Positions 55,081 through 64,000 of a stretch of 64,000 nt of DNA are shown here, one piece after another. Within the stretch, counting starts at the first letter, position 1; each line of letters starts with the position of its first letter. Location: the NCBI GenBank assembly GCA_015067075.1, contig SVND01000002.1, positions 10,087-74,086 on the forward strand, written 5' to 3'. Position numbers and translations under genes: made by a program. This DNA is from Oscillospiraceae bacterium. GTDB taxonomy: Bacteria > Bacillota > Clostridia > Oscillospirales > SIG530. Below the pieces are notes generated by a model. It searched no databases and was not told the origin of the DNA. It was given only the letters and a program-made list of their open reading frames with translations.

Positions 55081-55160
55081 ATTTAAATAGTGCCAATATA
55101 AATAATTATATTAACATATAAATAAAGTGCTGAAATTGTGCTTATTAAGAAAGGATCGAA

Positions 55161-56357
55161 GTGAAGATGAAAACGAGAGTAGCTGTTTTTTTCGGAGGAA
55201 AAAGTACAGAGCATGAAATATCTATCATATCTGCCGTTCAGGCAATGGCATCATTCGATCGTGAAAAATATGAGGTCGTTCCCATCTATATAACAAAAGA
55301 AAACGAAATGTACACAGGCTTTGGCTTCGACAGTATTGAGTCCTACAGAGATATCCCCCTTCTCCTCAGAAGAGGTATGCGTGTTACGCTTGAAAAGAAA
55401 GGCGGCAAGGTCGCTGTTGTGCGCAGTCCGAGAAAGCTTTTCGGAAGCGTTTTGTTTGACAATATAGACGTTGCTTTTCCCATTGTTCACGGTACAAACG
55501 TTGAGGACGGAACGATAGCGGGCTGGATAGAAATGCTTGGCTTGCCTTACGTTGGCTGCGACGTGCTTGCCTCTGCCGTAGGCATGGATAAGTACGTTAT
55601 GAAGGCGATACTTAAGGATAACAGCATCCCCGTGCTCGATTGCCGATGCTTTTCACGGTTTGAATTCGATAAAAATCCCGACGGAGTTATAAGCCGTATC
55701 GTAAGCGCGTTTGCTTACCCCGTTATAGTAAAGCCCATTAATTTGGGATCAAGTATAGGCATAAAAAAAGCATCCGACGAGCAGGAGCTTTTGGATGCGC
55801 TTGAGCTTGCTTTTACATTTTCAACGCGTGCATTGGTTGAGCCTGCAGTAGTTGAGCTCAGAGAGATAAACTGCGCCGTTTTGGGTGACAGTGAGAGTGC
55901 TGAGGCGTCCGAATGCGAAGAGCCTGTAAGTGCGGATGAAATACTGTCCTTTGAGGAAAAATATATGGGCGGCGCGAAAAAAACGGGTTCAAAGGGGATG
56001 GCTTCTCTTTCGAGAAAGCTTCCTGCCGATATAGACAGCACTCAGCGTGAGAAAATACGCGAGCTTGCAGTAAAAGCGTTCAAGGTGCTGGGTTGCAACG
56101 GCGTTGCGAGAATTGACTTTTTGCTTGACGGCTCGAACGGACATATCTATATAAACGAGATAAACACTATTCCGGGCTCGCTTTCCTTCTATCTTTGGGA
56201 GCCTTTGGGAATAAAATATCCTCAGCTTATTGATAAGCTTATTTCACTTGCGCTGAAAAGGCAGCGAGAAAAAGCAAGTCTTATGTTCTCCTTTGAAAGC
56301 AACGTCATTTCGGCGGCAAAGCTTGGAACAAAGGGCTCAAAGGGTGCAAAGCTTTAA
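55161..56357 (+). CDS. ddl: D-alanine--D-alanine ligase
   Basis: ..RVAVFFGGKSTEHEISIISA.., ..HGTNVEDGTIAGWIEMLGLPYVGC.., ATP-grasp C-terminus ..ARIDFLLD..IYINEINTIPG.. The start is either GTG 55161 or ATG 55167. Confidence 0.92.
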   Translation: MKMKTRVAVFFGGKSTEHEISIISAVQAMASFDREKYEVVPIYITKENEMYTGFGFDSIESYRDIPLLLRRGMRVTLEKKGGKVAVVRSPRKLFGSVLFDNIDVAFPIVHGTNVEDGTIAGWIEMLGLPYVGCDVLASAVGMDKYVMKAILKDNSIPVLDCRCFSRFEFDKNPDGVISRIVSAFAYPVIVKPINLGSSIGIKKASDEQELLDALELAFTFSTRALVEPAVVELREINCAVLGDSESAEASECEEPVSADEILSFEEKYMGGAKKTGSKGMASLSRKLPADIDSTQREKIRELAVKAFKVLGCNGVARIDFLLDGSNGHIYINEINTIPGSLSFYLWEPLGIKYPQLIDKLISLALKRQREKASLMFSFESNVISAAKLGTKGSKGAKL

Positions 56358-56360
56358 GCT

Positions 56361-56714
56361 TTACTTTGAATGGTAAAGATAATATGCAACTATATGGCGG
56401 TAATGACCGACAGTTTCGTCCACACCGTAAAGGTTGACGCCGTTGAGTGCCAACAGCTCGCCCAGGTCTAAGCCATCAAGCTTACAGCGGAAAACGATGT
56501 TGTTGCCGCAGGCAACGATAATGCTGTCGTCGGTAAGGTTTATTACGCCGTCTCTGCCGAGAATCGTCTCGCCGTATGTTTCGTCGTTTCTGCACGTGAC
56601 ATACTTGACGGGACGTCCGTGAAGCTTTTTAAGGACGTCGGCTTTTATATCGTCGTCAATACGCTTGTTTTTGCGTTTGTCGGAAAAAAACGAGAAAAGG
56701 TTTAATTTAGCCAT
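56361..56714 (-). CDS. hypothetical protein
   Basis: 117-aa ORF with coding-like composition. Its stop is 3 nt from the convergent ddl stop. No recognised motif. Confidence 0.55.
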   Translation of the reverse strand: MAKLNLFSFFSDKRKNKRIDDDIKADVLKKLHGRPVKYVTCRNDETYGETILGRDGVINLTDDSIIVACGNNIVFRCKLDGLDLGELLALNGVNLYGVDETVGHYRHIVAYYLYHSK

Positions 56715-56801
56715 ATAATACCTCTGATTTTGATTTTAACAGTATTATACAATACATGACGAAAAAAATCAACAGTACATTAACCCGAAAGGATAGGAAA
56801 A

Positions 56802-57494
56802 ATGACGAAAGGTGAGCATACAGCACACAGACAACGGCTTAAGGAACGCTATCTGCGAGAAGGTATGGATTCCCTTGAGGAACACGTTGTTTTAGAATTG
56901 TTATTATTTTTCGCCATACCGAGATGCGACACGAACAAAACGGCGCACAAGCTCATTGACAGATTCGGAAGTCTGCATGCCGTGTTTGATGCACCGATGG
57001 AGGAGCTTATAGCTGTTGACGGAATAGGTGAGAGCAGTGCGCTTTTAATTAAAGCTGTCCCCGATTTTTACAGGAGATACGCTAAAAGCAAGATGCAAAA
57101 TGGCAGCTTTGTCAATAGCCTTGAGGATATCGGAAAATACCTGATGCCTTTTTTTGCAGGTGTGAATGTTGAGGTCATGTACCTGCTTTTGTTGGATGGA
57201 CATCGCCGTATAATTGCCTGCGAAAAAATGACGGCAGGCTCGGTAAATATGGCGGCGCTGAGCGTGCGTGAAATAGTTGCGGCTGCTTTGAAATATAACG
57301 CGGTTGCCGCAGTAGTTGCACATAATCATCCCAACGCCGTGCTCATACCGTCGCAGACAGATATTGTAACGACGGAAAAGATATACAGAGCGCTTAAGGC
57401 TGTGGATGTGACGCTGCTGGACCATATGATAATGTCTGATACGGATTTCGTCAGCCTGCATCAGTCAGGTATGATGAGTCAGCTACAAAGATAA
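56802..57494 (+). CDS. radC: RadC-family JAB/MPN domain protein
   Basis: ..HRQRLKERYL.., HhH segment ..ELIAVDGIGESSALLI.., JAMM motif ..VAHNHPNAVLIPSQTD.. Confidence 0.88.
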   Translation: MTKGEHTAHRQRLKERYLREGMDSLEEHVVLELLLFFAIPRCDTNKTAHKLIDRFGSLHAVFDAPMEELIAVDGIGESSALLIKAVPDFYRRYAKSKMQNGSFVNSLEDIGKYLMPFFAGVNVEVMYLLLLDGHRRIIACEKMTAGSVNMAALSVREIVAAALKYNAVAAVVAHNHPNAVLIPSQTDIVTTEKIYRALKAVDVTLLDHMIMSDTDFVSLHQSGMMSQLQR

Positions 57495-57550
57495 ATATTA
57501 TAAAAAATACGGCGCAGAGATGCGCTGTTTAACTGAAAGGAATAGGAAAA

Positions 57551-58882
57551 ATGGGACTTAAACTTAATGTAAAAAACATGAAAAGCTTTGTTTCCGAACA
57601 GGAGCTTACAGGTATTTCAGCGCAGGTAAAAGCGGCGCACGAGCTTCTTCACACGGGAACAGGCGAGGGAAATGATTTTATAGGATGGCTTGACCTTCCT
57701 GAAAATTATGATAAAGCTGAATTTGCGGAAATCAAAAAAGCGGCTAAAAAGATAATCTCCGACACGGATGTTCTCATCGTTATCGGTATCGGCGGCTCTT
57801 ATCTCGGCGCTCGCGCAGTTATCGAGGGCTTGACCTCTCCGTTTTATAATTTTATCGCCAAGGATACCCCGCAGATTTTCTTTGCAGGTAACAATATCAG
57901 CTCTGCATATCTTGCCGAGCTTGTCGCTATGTGCGAGGGCAAGCGCGTTTCCGTAAACGTCATATCAAAATCAGGTACGACAACAGAGCCTGCCATTGCT
58001 TTCCGTGTGTTCAAAAAATGGATGGAGGAGCGTTACGGCGACGAGGCGAAGGACAGAATTTACGTTACGACGGACAAGAGCCGCGGCGCGCTGAAAAAGC
58101 TTGCTGACACAGAGGGGTACCGCACGTTTGTCGTTCCTGACAACGTAGGCGGAAGATTTTCCGTTTTAACAGCTGTCGGACTTTTGGCTATTGCAAGCGC
58201 GGGCATTGACATAGATGCTCTTATGGCAGGTGCGGCAAAGGCTCGTGCTGATTTTGCAAATCCCGACCTTTATGAAAACGATTGCTACAAGTATGCGGCA
58301 TATCGCAACATCCTTTACAGAAAGGGCAGAACAACTGAGGTTCTGGCTTGCTTTGAACCCTCCTTCACATATATGGCTGAATGGTTCAAGCAGCTTTACG
58401 GCGAAAGCGAAGGCAAGGATCAAAAGGGTATTTTCCCTGCAGCCGTATCTTTCTCCACAGACCTTCACTCTCTCGGTCAGTATATTCAGGACGGACTTCG
58501 CAATCAGTTTGAGACGTTTGTTATGTACGACACGGTAAAGACGGACGTTACGGTTGAAGCTGACGAGGAAAACGTTGACGGACTCAACTTCCTTGCAGGA
58601 AAATCCGTTTCTTATGTAAACCGCAAGGCTTACGAGGGCACTGCACTTGCACATACAGACGGCGGTGTACCGAACATGACGATCGAGCTTTCCGATATGG
58701 GTGCTGAAACAATGGGCTACCTTATCTACTTCTTTGAAAAGGCTTGCGCAATTTCAGGCTACATTCTCGGCGTAAATCCCTTCAATCAGCCCGGCGTTGA
58801 AGCATATAAGAAGAATATGTTCGCCCTTTTGGGCAAGCCCGGCTATGAGGATATGAAAGCGGAGCTTGAAAAGCGACTGTAA
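57551..58882 (+). CDS. pgi: glucose-6-phosphate isomerase
   Basis: ..[13 protein letters not shown].., ..[10 protein letters not shown].., ..[13 protein letters not shown].., ..ESEGK.. Confidence 0.95.
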   Translation: MGLKLNVKNMKSFVSEQELTGISAQVKAAHELLHTGTGEGNDFIGWLDLPENYDKAEFAEIKKAAKKIISDTDVLIVIGIGGSYLGARAVIEGLTSPFYNFIAKDTPQIFFAGNNISSAYLAELVAMCEGKRVSVNVISKSGTTTEPAIAFRVFKKWMEERYGDEAKDRIYVTTDKSRGALKKLADTEGYRTFVVPDNVGGRFSVLTAVGLLAIASAGIDIDALMAGAAKARADFANPDLYENDCYKYAAYRNILYRKGRTTEVLACFEPSFTYMAEWFKQLYGESEGKDQKGIFPAAVSFSTDLHSLGQYIQDGLRNQFETFVMYDTVKTDVTVEADEENVDGLNFLAGKSVSYVNRKAYEGTALAHTDGGVPNMTIELSDMGAETMGYLIYFFEKACAISGYILGVNPFNQPGVEAYKKNMFALLGKPGYEDMKAELEKRL

Positions 58883-58904
58883 AGCGGTAGTAGCAAAATT
58901 TTTA

Positions 58905-58932
58905 TTGACAAGTTGAAAATTCGTGTTATAAT
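58905..58932 (+). promoter_or_regulatory. sigma-A-type promoter for greA-lysS (TTGACA-16-TGtTATAAT)
   Basis: TTGACA at 58905-58910, extended -10 TGTTATAAT ending at 58932. Confidence 0.55.
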
Positions 58933-58979
58933 ATAAGAATATATATTTTAAAGCATATTCAAGAAAGGAAATTATCAGT

Positions 58980-59459
58980 ATGAGCGACATAAAAGTTACA
59001 CTTCTCACTCAAGAGGAGCATGATAAAATTCAAAGCGAGCTCGATTATCTGAAGACACAACGCAGAAAGGAAGTTGCTCAAAGCATCGAAACTGCCCGCG
59101 GATTCGGTGACCTTTCCGAAAACAGCGAATATGATGAAGCGAAAAACGAGCAGGGTATGGTTGAAAACCGTATCGCGGAGCTTGAAGCGATGCTCCTTAA
59201 CTTTAAGATAGTTGAGGAATCTCAGCATGCCTCTGAAACCATTACGATAGGTACAAAAGCAGAGATACTTGATATAGAGTTTGATGAGGTAATGTCCATA
59301 AAGGTAGTCGGCGTTGTCGGCGCAGACCCGCTCAATGGAAAGATCTCCAACGAATCGCCTCTCGGAAAGGCTCTTATCGGCCATGAAGCAGGTGAAGAAA
59401 TAGTTGTTGATGCTCCCGCAGGACCAATAAGATATAAGATCTTGTCTATATCTAAATAA
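58980..59459 (+). CDS. greA: transcription elongation factor GreA
   Basis: ..[48 protein letters not shown].. Confidence 0.94.
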   Translation: MSDIKVTLLTQEEHDKIQSELDYLKTQRRKEVAQSIETARGFGDLSENSEYDEAKNEQGMVENRIAELEAMLLNFKIVEESQHASETITIGTKAEILDIEFDEVMSIKVVGVVGADPLNGKISNESPLGKALIGHEAGEEIVVDAPAGPIRYKILSISK

Positions 59460-59490
59460 CAGCGTTTATCTAAATGAAAGGATGAAACCG

Positions 59491-60990
59491 ATGTCGGAAG
59501 AAAATATGAACGTATCCGCGGAAAAGGAGCAAAGCCTTTCTGCTGAAGCCGTTGTACGCCGAGAGAAGCTTGATGCTCTCCGTCAGGCAGGCAAGGATCC
59601 GTATGTTATCACAAAATATGATGTTACTCACACGTCTGACCAAATAAAGAATGATTTTGAAAGCCTTGAAAACAGCGACGTATCTATTGCAGGCCGTATT
59701 ATTACACGCCGAATAATGGGTAAAGCAAGCTTTTTCACTCTTCAGGACAGCAAAGGCCGTATTCAGGTATATATCCGCCGCGACGATGTCGGTGAGGATG
59801 TATACGCTGATTTTAAAAAGTGGGATATTGGCGATATCGTCGGTATAGTTGGCTTTGTATTTAAGACGAAGACAGAAGAAATTTCTGTTCACGCAAAGTC
59901 TATCGTGCTTTTGACAAAATCACTTCAGCCGTTGCCTGAAAAGTATCACGGTCTTGTTGATACCGATACACGCTATCGCCAAAGATACATTGACCTTATC
60001 GTAAATCCCGAGGTTAAGGATACCTTTATTAAGCGCTCCAAGATAATCAGCACTATCCGCAGATTTTTGGATGAACAGGGATTTGTCGAGGTTGAAACGC
60101 CCATGCTTGTTTCCAACGCAGGCGGCGCGGCGGCTCGTCCCTTTGAAACGCATTTCAACGCTCTTGACGAGGACCTTAAGCTTCGTATATCCTTGGAGCT
60201 TTATCTCAAGCGCCTTATCGTCGGCGGTATTGAGCGAGTATATGAGATAGGCAGAGTTTTCCGTAACGAAGGACTTGACACACGTCATAATCCCGAGTTT
60301 ACACTTATGGAGCTTTATCAGGCGTATACCGATTATCACGGTATGATGGATCTTACCGAGAATATGTACAGATATGTTGCACAGCAGGTGCTTGGCACGA
60401 CGACTATCGTTTATAAGGGCATCGAGATGGATCTGAGCAAGCCCTTTGAGCGAATCACAATGGTTGACGCCGTTAAGAAGTATTCAGGCGTTGATTTCAG
60501 CGAGATACACACACTTGAGCAAGCTCGTAAGGTTGCTGACGAAAAGCACGTTGAATATGAACAGCGCCATACAAAAGGTGAGATACTCAATCTGTTCTTT
60601 GAGCAGTTTGTTGAAGAACACCTTGTTCAGCCGACGTTTGTTATGGACCATCCCATTGAGATTTCTCCCCTTACGAAGAAAAAGCCCGGCAATCCTGAAT
60701 ACGTTGAGCGCTTTGAGTTTTTCATGAACGGATGGGAAATGGCAAACGCTTACTCCGAGCTTAACGATCCCATAGATCAGCGTGAACGCTTTGCGGCACA
60801 GGAAGAGCAGCTTGCAAAGGGCGACGAGGAAGCAAACCATACGGACGAGGATTTCCTCAATGCTCTTGAAATAGGTATGCCTCCCACAGGCGGTATCGGC
60901 TACGGTATCGACCGTATGTGCATGCTCTTTACAGATTCCGCAGCTATCAGAGACGTTCTCTTGTTCCCCACGATGAAAAGTTTAGATTAA
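59491..60990 (+). CDS. lysS: lysine--tRNA ligase (class II)
   Basis: ..[19 protein letters not shown].. (OB fold), ..FVEVETPML.., ..[17 protein letters not shown].. and ..[13 protein letters not shown].. The start is taken at ATG 59491 (GAAAGGA RBS 8 nt upstream). Confidence 0.95.
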   Translation: MSEENMNVSAEKEQSLSAEAVVRREKLDALRQAGKDPYVITKYDVTHTSDQIKNDFESLENSDVSIAGRIITRRIMGKASFFTLQDSKGRIQVYIRRDDVGEDVYADFKKWDIGDIVGIVGFVFKTKTEEISVHAKSIVLLTKSLQPLPEKYHGLVDTDTRYRQRYIDLIVNPEVKDTFIKRSKIISTIRRFLDEQGFVEVETPMLVSNAGGAAARPFETHFNALDEDLKLRISLELYLKRLIVGGIERVYEIGRVFRNEGLDTRHNPEFTLMELYQAYTDYHGMMDLTENMYRYVAQQVLGTTTIVYKGIEMDLSKPFERITMVDAVKKYSGVDFSEIHTLEQARKVADEKHVEYEQRHTKGEILNLFFEQFVEEHLVQPTFVMDHPIEISPLTKKKPGNPEYVERFEFFMNGWEMANAYSELNDPIDQRERFAAQEEQLAKGDEEANHTDEDFLNALEIGMPPTGGIGYGIDRMCMLFTDSAAIRDVLLFPTMKSLD

Positions 60991-60996
60991 AAGCAG

Positions 60997-61028
60997 AAAC
61001 CCAAGATATCCTTTGACATCTTGGGTTT
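60997..61028 (+). terminator. hairpin terminator after lysS
   Basis: AAACCCAAGAT-10 nt-ATCTTGGGTTT. The T-tract is weak. Confidence 0.65.
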
Positions 61029-61063
61029 AACTGTATTTAAGTTGATAAAATGAGGGTTGTTTA

Positions 61064-61456
61064 ATGGAAAAGTATGATATTATTTTTGACAGCGAAAAAG
61101 AAAAAAGCGGAAAGAGCTTTCAAATAGCATCGGGATATATTTCCGAAACAAGGATTCTTTTTGAAAAAGAACGAGTAGCGGCAATTATACATGCAAAGGG
61201 TAAGGTTGAAATTTATAATGTGAATGGTCAGATTGAAGCTATAGGCGAGCTCCCTGAAGTTGAAATCGGCAAGCAGGTCTATGAAGAGGTATGCTGTGAT
61301 GTGAAGGATAGCAGGATAATCATGAGCTTTCCCACCTATACTTGGATAGATAATTATCCTCATTGTGACGGTGAGCATGACAGATGGGAAACGAGAAAAA
61401 TAGGGGAAAAAGTATTAACATTCGATCTGCAAAATAAAACGGTCGCAGTTAAATAA
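61064..61456 (+). CDS. hypothetical protein (130 aa)
   Basis: ORF with a GAGGG RBS region and AT-rich composition. No recognised motif (..WIDNYPHCDGEHDRWETRKIG..). Confidence 0.55.
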   Translation: MEKYDIIFDSEKEKSGKSFQIASGYISETRILFEKERVAAIIHAKGKVEIYNVNGQIEAIGELPEVEIGKQVYEEVCCDVKDSRIIMSFPTYTWIDNYPHCDGEHDRWETRKIGEKVLTFDLQNKTVAVK

Positions 61457-61615
61457 AAATTGGATATAAAAAAGCTCTCCAATAAATGGCGGGTGCTCGT
61501 AAAACAGTTTCGCCACAGCAACTTATCTTGCTGTAGCGTTTCTTGCGCGCGAATAGTATTGCGATAATTGTTTTCGTATGGTATATTAGCAAAAACCAGT
61601 ATATGAGGTGATTAA

Positions 61616-62740
61616 ATGTCTTTCTTCTCTTCGTTATTTGGAAAGAAATCTGTAAAAAACATCATTCAACCAAATGTTGAAAAGGTGGAAACTAGCAAAA
61701 GAATTACCAACACTCCTTCGCTTCACTTAAAAGGCAAACCGGATGCATACGGACTGTATCCGGCTGAGCTTGTTATGCTTTTGCTTGCAGAAAAATACAA
61801 AACAACTGAAACTAACTTTCCGAGTTATTTGATCCATACATATGAGATTTCCAATCCTTTGAAAATGTTAAAAGATCTGCACAGCAGGACGTTTCTGGAA
61901 ATAGGAAATGCAAAGGACTGTTTGCCGGGATTTAAGCTAACGGAACTCAAGGAGATGGCGGTAGCTTTAAACATATCTATCAAGGGAAAAAAGGAGGAGA
62001 TCATCAATCAGTTGTCTGATGTTTCGGAGGAGGCATTGTGTGCTTTCGTTAAAGAACGTACATGGAAGCTTACAGAAAAAGGAGCTGAAGCACTCAAAGC
62101 AAATCCATATATCCAGTATTTTTTAGACAAACACAGTTATAGCGTTACTGAAGTAGGGGTAAATATTTGGACAGTAAATGAGGAATTCGTTAAAGATCCT
62201 AAAAGACCGTACAGAGATATTATTTATAGCCAACTTAATAAGGCTATGAACGAAGCATTTATCCAGTTTCAAAAGAATCCTGCTTCTGGAACATCTGCAA
62301 CGAGTCGTTATTGTGAATGCTACCGTTTAATGGGTTTGTTTATTGAAGAGGAAGGTAAATCTTATATCAACGCGTCTGATATGTACTTCCAATACTTATT
62401 CAAGAGGATTAATATTCACGCAGGATTACAACTTTTGGTGAATTGGAAGACGTTTAATTATGATAAAAAGTTTAGAGAAACATTCATAAGTCGATACTAT
62501 GATGAGATTCAACTCTATCCTTATCAAAAAGCGGAATTACTTCGACTGTTGGATGAACTCAATGTAAGTGACGATGAGGTTCGGAAAAACTTGATTACGT
62601 CTTTCGAAAGAGCACAAGACGAAGGTGTTATGAGTGTGAAAGAAGCTGCTGATTTTATTATACTGGAATTGTCCGGTGATGTAGACCAATCCAGAGAGTT
62701 GGCATATAAACTAGCAAGAAAAGCAGTCAGAAAAATTTAA
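61616..62740 (+). CDS. SAP-domain-containing protein of unknown function
   Basis: GAGGTG RBS. Residues ~107-141 (FKLTELKEMAVALNISIKGKKEEIINQLSD) match the SAP helix-extended loop-helix motif. The rest is unrecognised. Confidence 0.68.
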   Translation: MSFFSSLFGKKSVKNIIQPNVEKVETSKRITNTPSLHLKGKPDAYGLYPAELVMLLLAEKYKTTETNFPSYLIHTYEISNPLKMLKDLHSRTFLEIGNAKDCLPGFKLTELKEMAVALNISIKGKKEEIINQLSDVSEEALCAFVKERTWKLTEKGAEALKANPYIQYFLDKHSYSVTEVGVNIWTVNEEFVKDPKRPYRDIIYSQLNKAMNEAFIQFQKNPASGTSATSRYCECYRLMGLFIEEEGKSYINASDMYFQYLFKRINIHAGLQLLVNWKTFNYDKKFRETFISRYYDEIQLYPYQKAELLRLLDELNVSDDEVRKNLITSFERAQDEGVMSVKEAADFIILELSGDVDQSRELAYKLARKAVRKI

Positions 62741-62886
62741 AGCAAGGAGATATATAGCATAGAAAATGCTTCGCTATCATTAACGAGATAATCGTTTCGG
62801 ATGACGGGTTTGTTCGATTCCTTTTTGCGTATACTAAGGGCGCACTTCTATACATAGCGTCCTGCTATGTAGTGCAAATAACGATT

Positions 62887-62916
62887 AAAGCCAAGCTGCA
62901 AATGCGGCTTGGCTTT
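62887..62916 (-). terminator. hairpin terminator downstream of the PIG-L gene (may also serve the + strand gene)
   Basis: AAAGCCAAGC-10 nt-GCTTGGCTTT, with T-rich flanks on both strands. Confidence 0.65.
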
Positions 62917-62957
62917 AACTGTTTTACGAAGCCCCGCCTAAGGAGAGCTTTTTGTTT

Positions 62958-63683
62958 TTACGGAAGGAGCTTATGTGCGCCTGCGATGATGGGCCAATCT
63001 GTGGCGAGAGCGAACGCTTCAACGTGGGAAACATTTGCTGTACCGCAAGCGGAAGCATAAAACCGACTTTCCACAGAAAGCATTTGCGTGTAGCTTACAC
63101 CGAAAGCATCTCTGCTCCAATCGCCGCATTGTGATGCGTGACAAGCAAGCATTTTTTGCTTCGTTTCAAAGGTGTCGGTGATGTCGACAAAATATTGCGG
63201 ATTTGTTTTACTGTCGATACCTGAAGCGGAAGTGCAATAAAAAAGCGGGGGAAGATGGTCGATAACGGGATGCTCAGTTTCCATGAGCTTAACTGTAGCA
63301 AGAACGCGACATTCAAAAGCAAGGTAACCGCAGATATCGTGGTCTTGATTATAGTCGTTGTACTTGGGAGGAGCAAAGATTACATCGGGACGAGCAATAC
63401 GAATAGCTTCAATGAAAGCCATACGTGTTTCACGGTTGTCAAAGAGCATTTCATCCTCATAGCCTAGCCAGATAAGCTTTGCACCGATAACGTCTGCGGA
63501 AGCCTGAGCTTCTTTGCGACGAAGCTCTGCAATTTCCTTGCGAGTCATACCGTAGGAACCAATCTCACCGTTTGTAGCAACGCACATATAAACTTCGTCG
63601 CCGCGAGCGGCGTATTTTGCAAGTGTTCCTGCTATATGAAATTCAATATCGTCGGGATGAGCACCGAATGCCAATATTCTCAT
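62958..63683 (-). CDS. PIG-L/LmbE-family deacetylase
   Basis: MRILAFGAHPDDIEFHIAGT.. (AHPDDxE motif) and ..NQDHD.. His/Asp metal ligands. Confidence 0.85.
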   Translation of the reverse strand: MRILAFGAHPDDIEFHIAGTLAKYAARGDEVYMCVATNGEIGSYGMTRKEIAELRRKEAQASADVIGAKLIWLGYEDEMLFDNRETRMAFIEAIRIARPDVIFAPPKYNDYNQDHDICGYLAFECRVLATVKLMETEHPVIDHLPPLFYCTSASGIDSKTNPQYFVDITDTFETKQKMLACHASQCGDWSRDAFGVSYTQMLSVESRFYASACGTANVSHVEAFALATDWPIIAGAHKLLP

Positions 63684-63704
63684 ACTTATACCTCATCTCA
63701 CTAT

Positions 63705-63732
63705 AAAAAAGGATGCATAAAGCATCCTTTTT
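63705..63732 (-). terminator. intrinsic terminator between the two PIG-L paralogs
   Basis: AAAAAGGATGC-ataaa-GCATCCTTTTT (symmetric). Confidence 0.8.
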
Positions 63733-63740
63733 ATTGTACA

Positions 63741-64000
63741 TTAGGGAAGAAGCTTGTGAGCGCCTGCAATGATGGGCCAATCTGTAGCAAGAGTGAATGC
63801 TTCAACATAGGAAACACCTGCTGTACCGCAAGCGGAAGCGTAGAACTTGTTTTCGTTGACTATCATATCAGCGTAGCTTACGCCGAAAGCGTCACGGCAC
63901 CAGTCGCCCTGCTGAGATGCATGGCAAGCAAACATCTTCATCTTTGTATCAAACGTATCTGTTACGTCAACAAAGTACTGCGGATTCGTCTTGTCGGAAA
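63741..64000 (-). CDS. PIG-L/LmbE-family deacetylase paralog, C-terminal part only (5' end outside window)
   Basis: The frame stays open to the window edge. The C-terminal 64 aa (..CHASQQGDWCRDAFGVSYADM..FYASACGTAGVSYVEAFTLATDWPIIAGAHKLLP) are near-identical to the C-terminus of 62958..63683. Confidence 0.8.
   Translation of the reverse strand, partial: SDKTNPQYFVDVTDTFDTKMKMFACHASQQGDWCRDAFGVSYADMIVNENKFYASACGTAGVSYVEAFTLATDWPIIAGAHKLLP

Noticed and set aside
62741-62957. Possible small RNA or ORFs (62872..63060+, 62952..63134+) in the gap before the PIG-L gene
   Set aside because: The listed ORFs overlap the PIG-L gene in antisense and have no RBS. The only clear structure in the gap is the terminator hairpin at 62887-62916.
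63741-63941. 66-aa ORF listed as a complete gene
   Set aside because: The frame is open upstream to the window edge, and the sequence matches only the C-terminus of the neighbouring PIG-L protein. It is therefore the 3' part of a longer gene, not a small gene.
1-64000. Search for mobile elements, prophage genes, tRNA/rRNA and CRISPR-cas
   Set aside because: I recognised no transposase, integrase, recombinase, phage structural, cas, tRNA cloverleaf or rRNA sequence by eye. A tRNAscan, Infernal or ISfinder run would be needed to exclude small elements formally.

Overview
This is a 64-kb chromosomal window that looks like a spore-forming Firmicute of Clostridia type. That inference rests on spoIIIAG/AH, spoVAC, the SRP-RNA-dnaX arrangement, the rimP-nusA-ylxR-ylxQ-infB operon and Gram-positive style RBS and promoters. 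I call 67 protein-coding genes (two run off the window edges), one ncRNA (SRP RNA just upstream of dnaX), and a set of sigma-A-like promoters and intrinsic terminators. I saw no tRNA, rRNA, CRISPR array, transposase, integrase or phage structural gene. All calls come from reading the sequence and recognising motifs; no database search was run.

Most of the window is housekeeping:
- Translation and transcription: prfB, secA, rpsI-rplM, the infB operon, nusB, greA, lysS.
- Metabolism and envelope: pgi, ddl, tyrA, lspA.
- Transport: an amino-acid ABC transporter.

The regions worth a second look, in my order of interest:
1. 28.2-30.2 kb: a visibly AT-richer two-gene module directly after dnaX. 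It encodes a divergent RelA/SpoT-domain (small-alarmone-synthetase-like) protein with a ~270-aa unknown C-terminal domain, plus a triple zinc-ribbon membrane protein. It sits where ybaB-recR normally lie.
2. 13.3-17.9 kb: an activase / glycyl-radical-enzyme / FGGY-kinase operon. The GRE has atypical Gly-loop (RIHGTF) and Cys-loop (GCQEP) motifs.
3. 30.33-30.49 kb: an orphan promoter-proximal structured RNA with its own terminator, ahead of a small basic membrane protein and a Pro/Thr-rich lipoprotein.
4. 32.8-34.2 kb: a HEAT-repeat + DMP19/DUF4375 pair.
5. 51.9-54.7 kb: an ABC exporter with an N-terminal PH-like and Zn-ribbon extension, plus a DUF1854 gene.
6. 61.0-62.8 kb: an AT-rich islet after lysS (unknown 130-aa protein + SAP-domain protein).
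7. 62.9-64.0 kb: tandem PIG-L/LmbE deacetylase paralogs.
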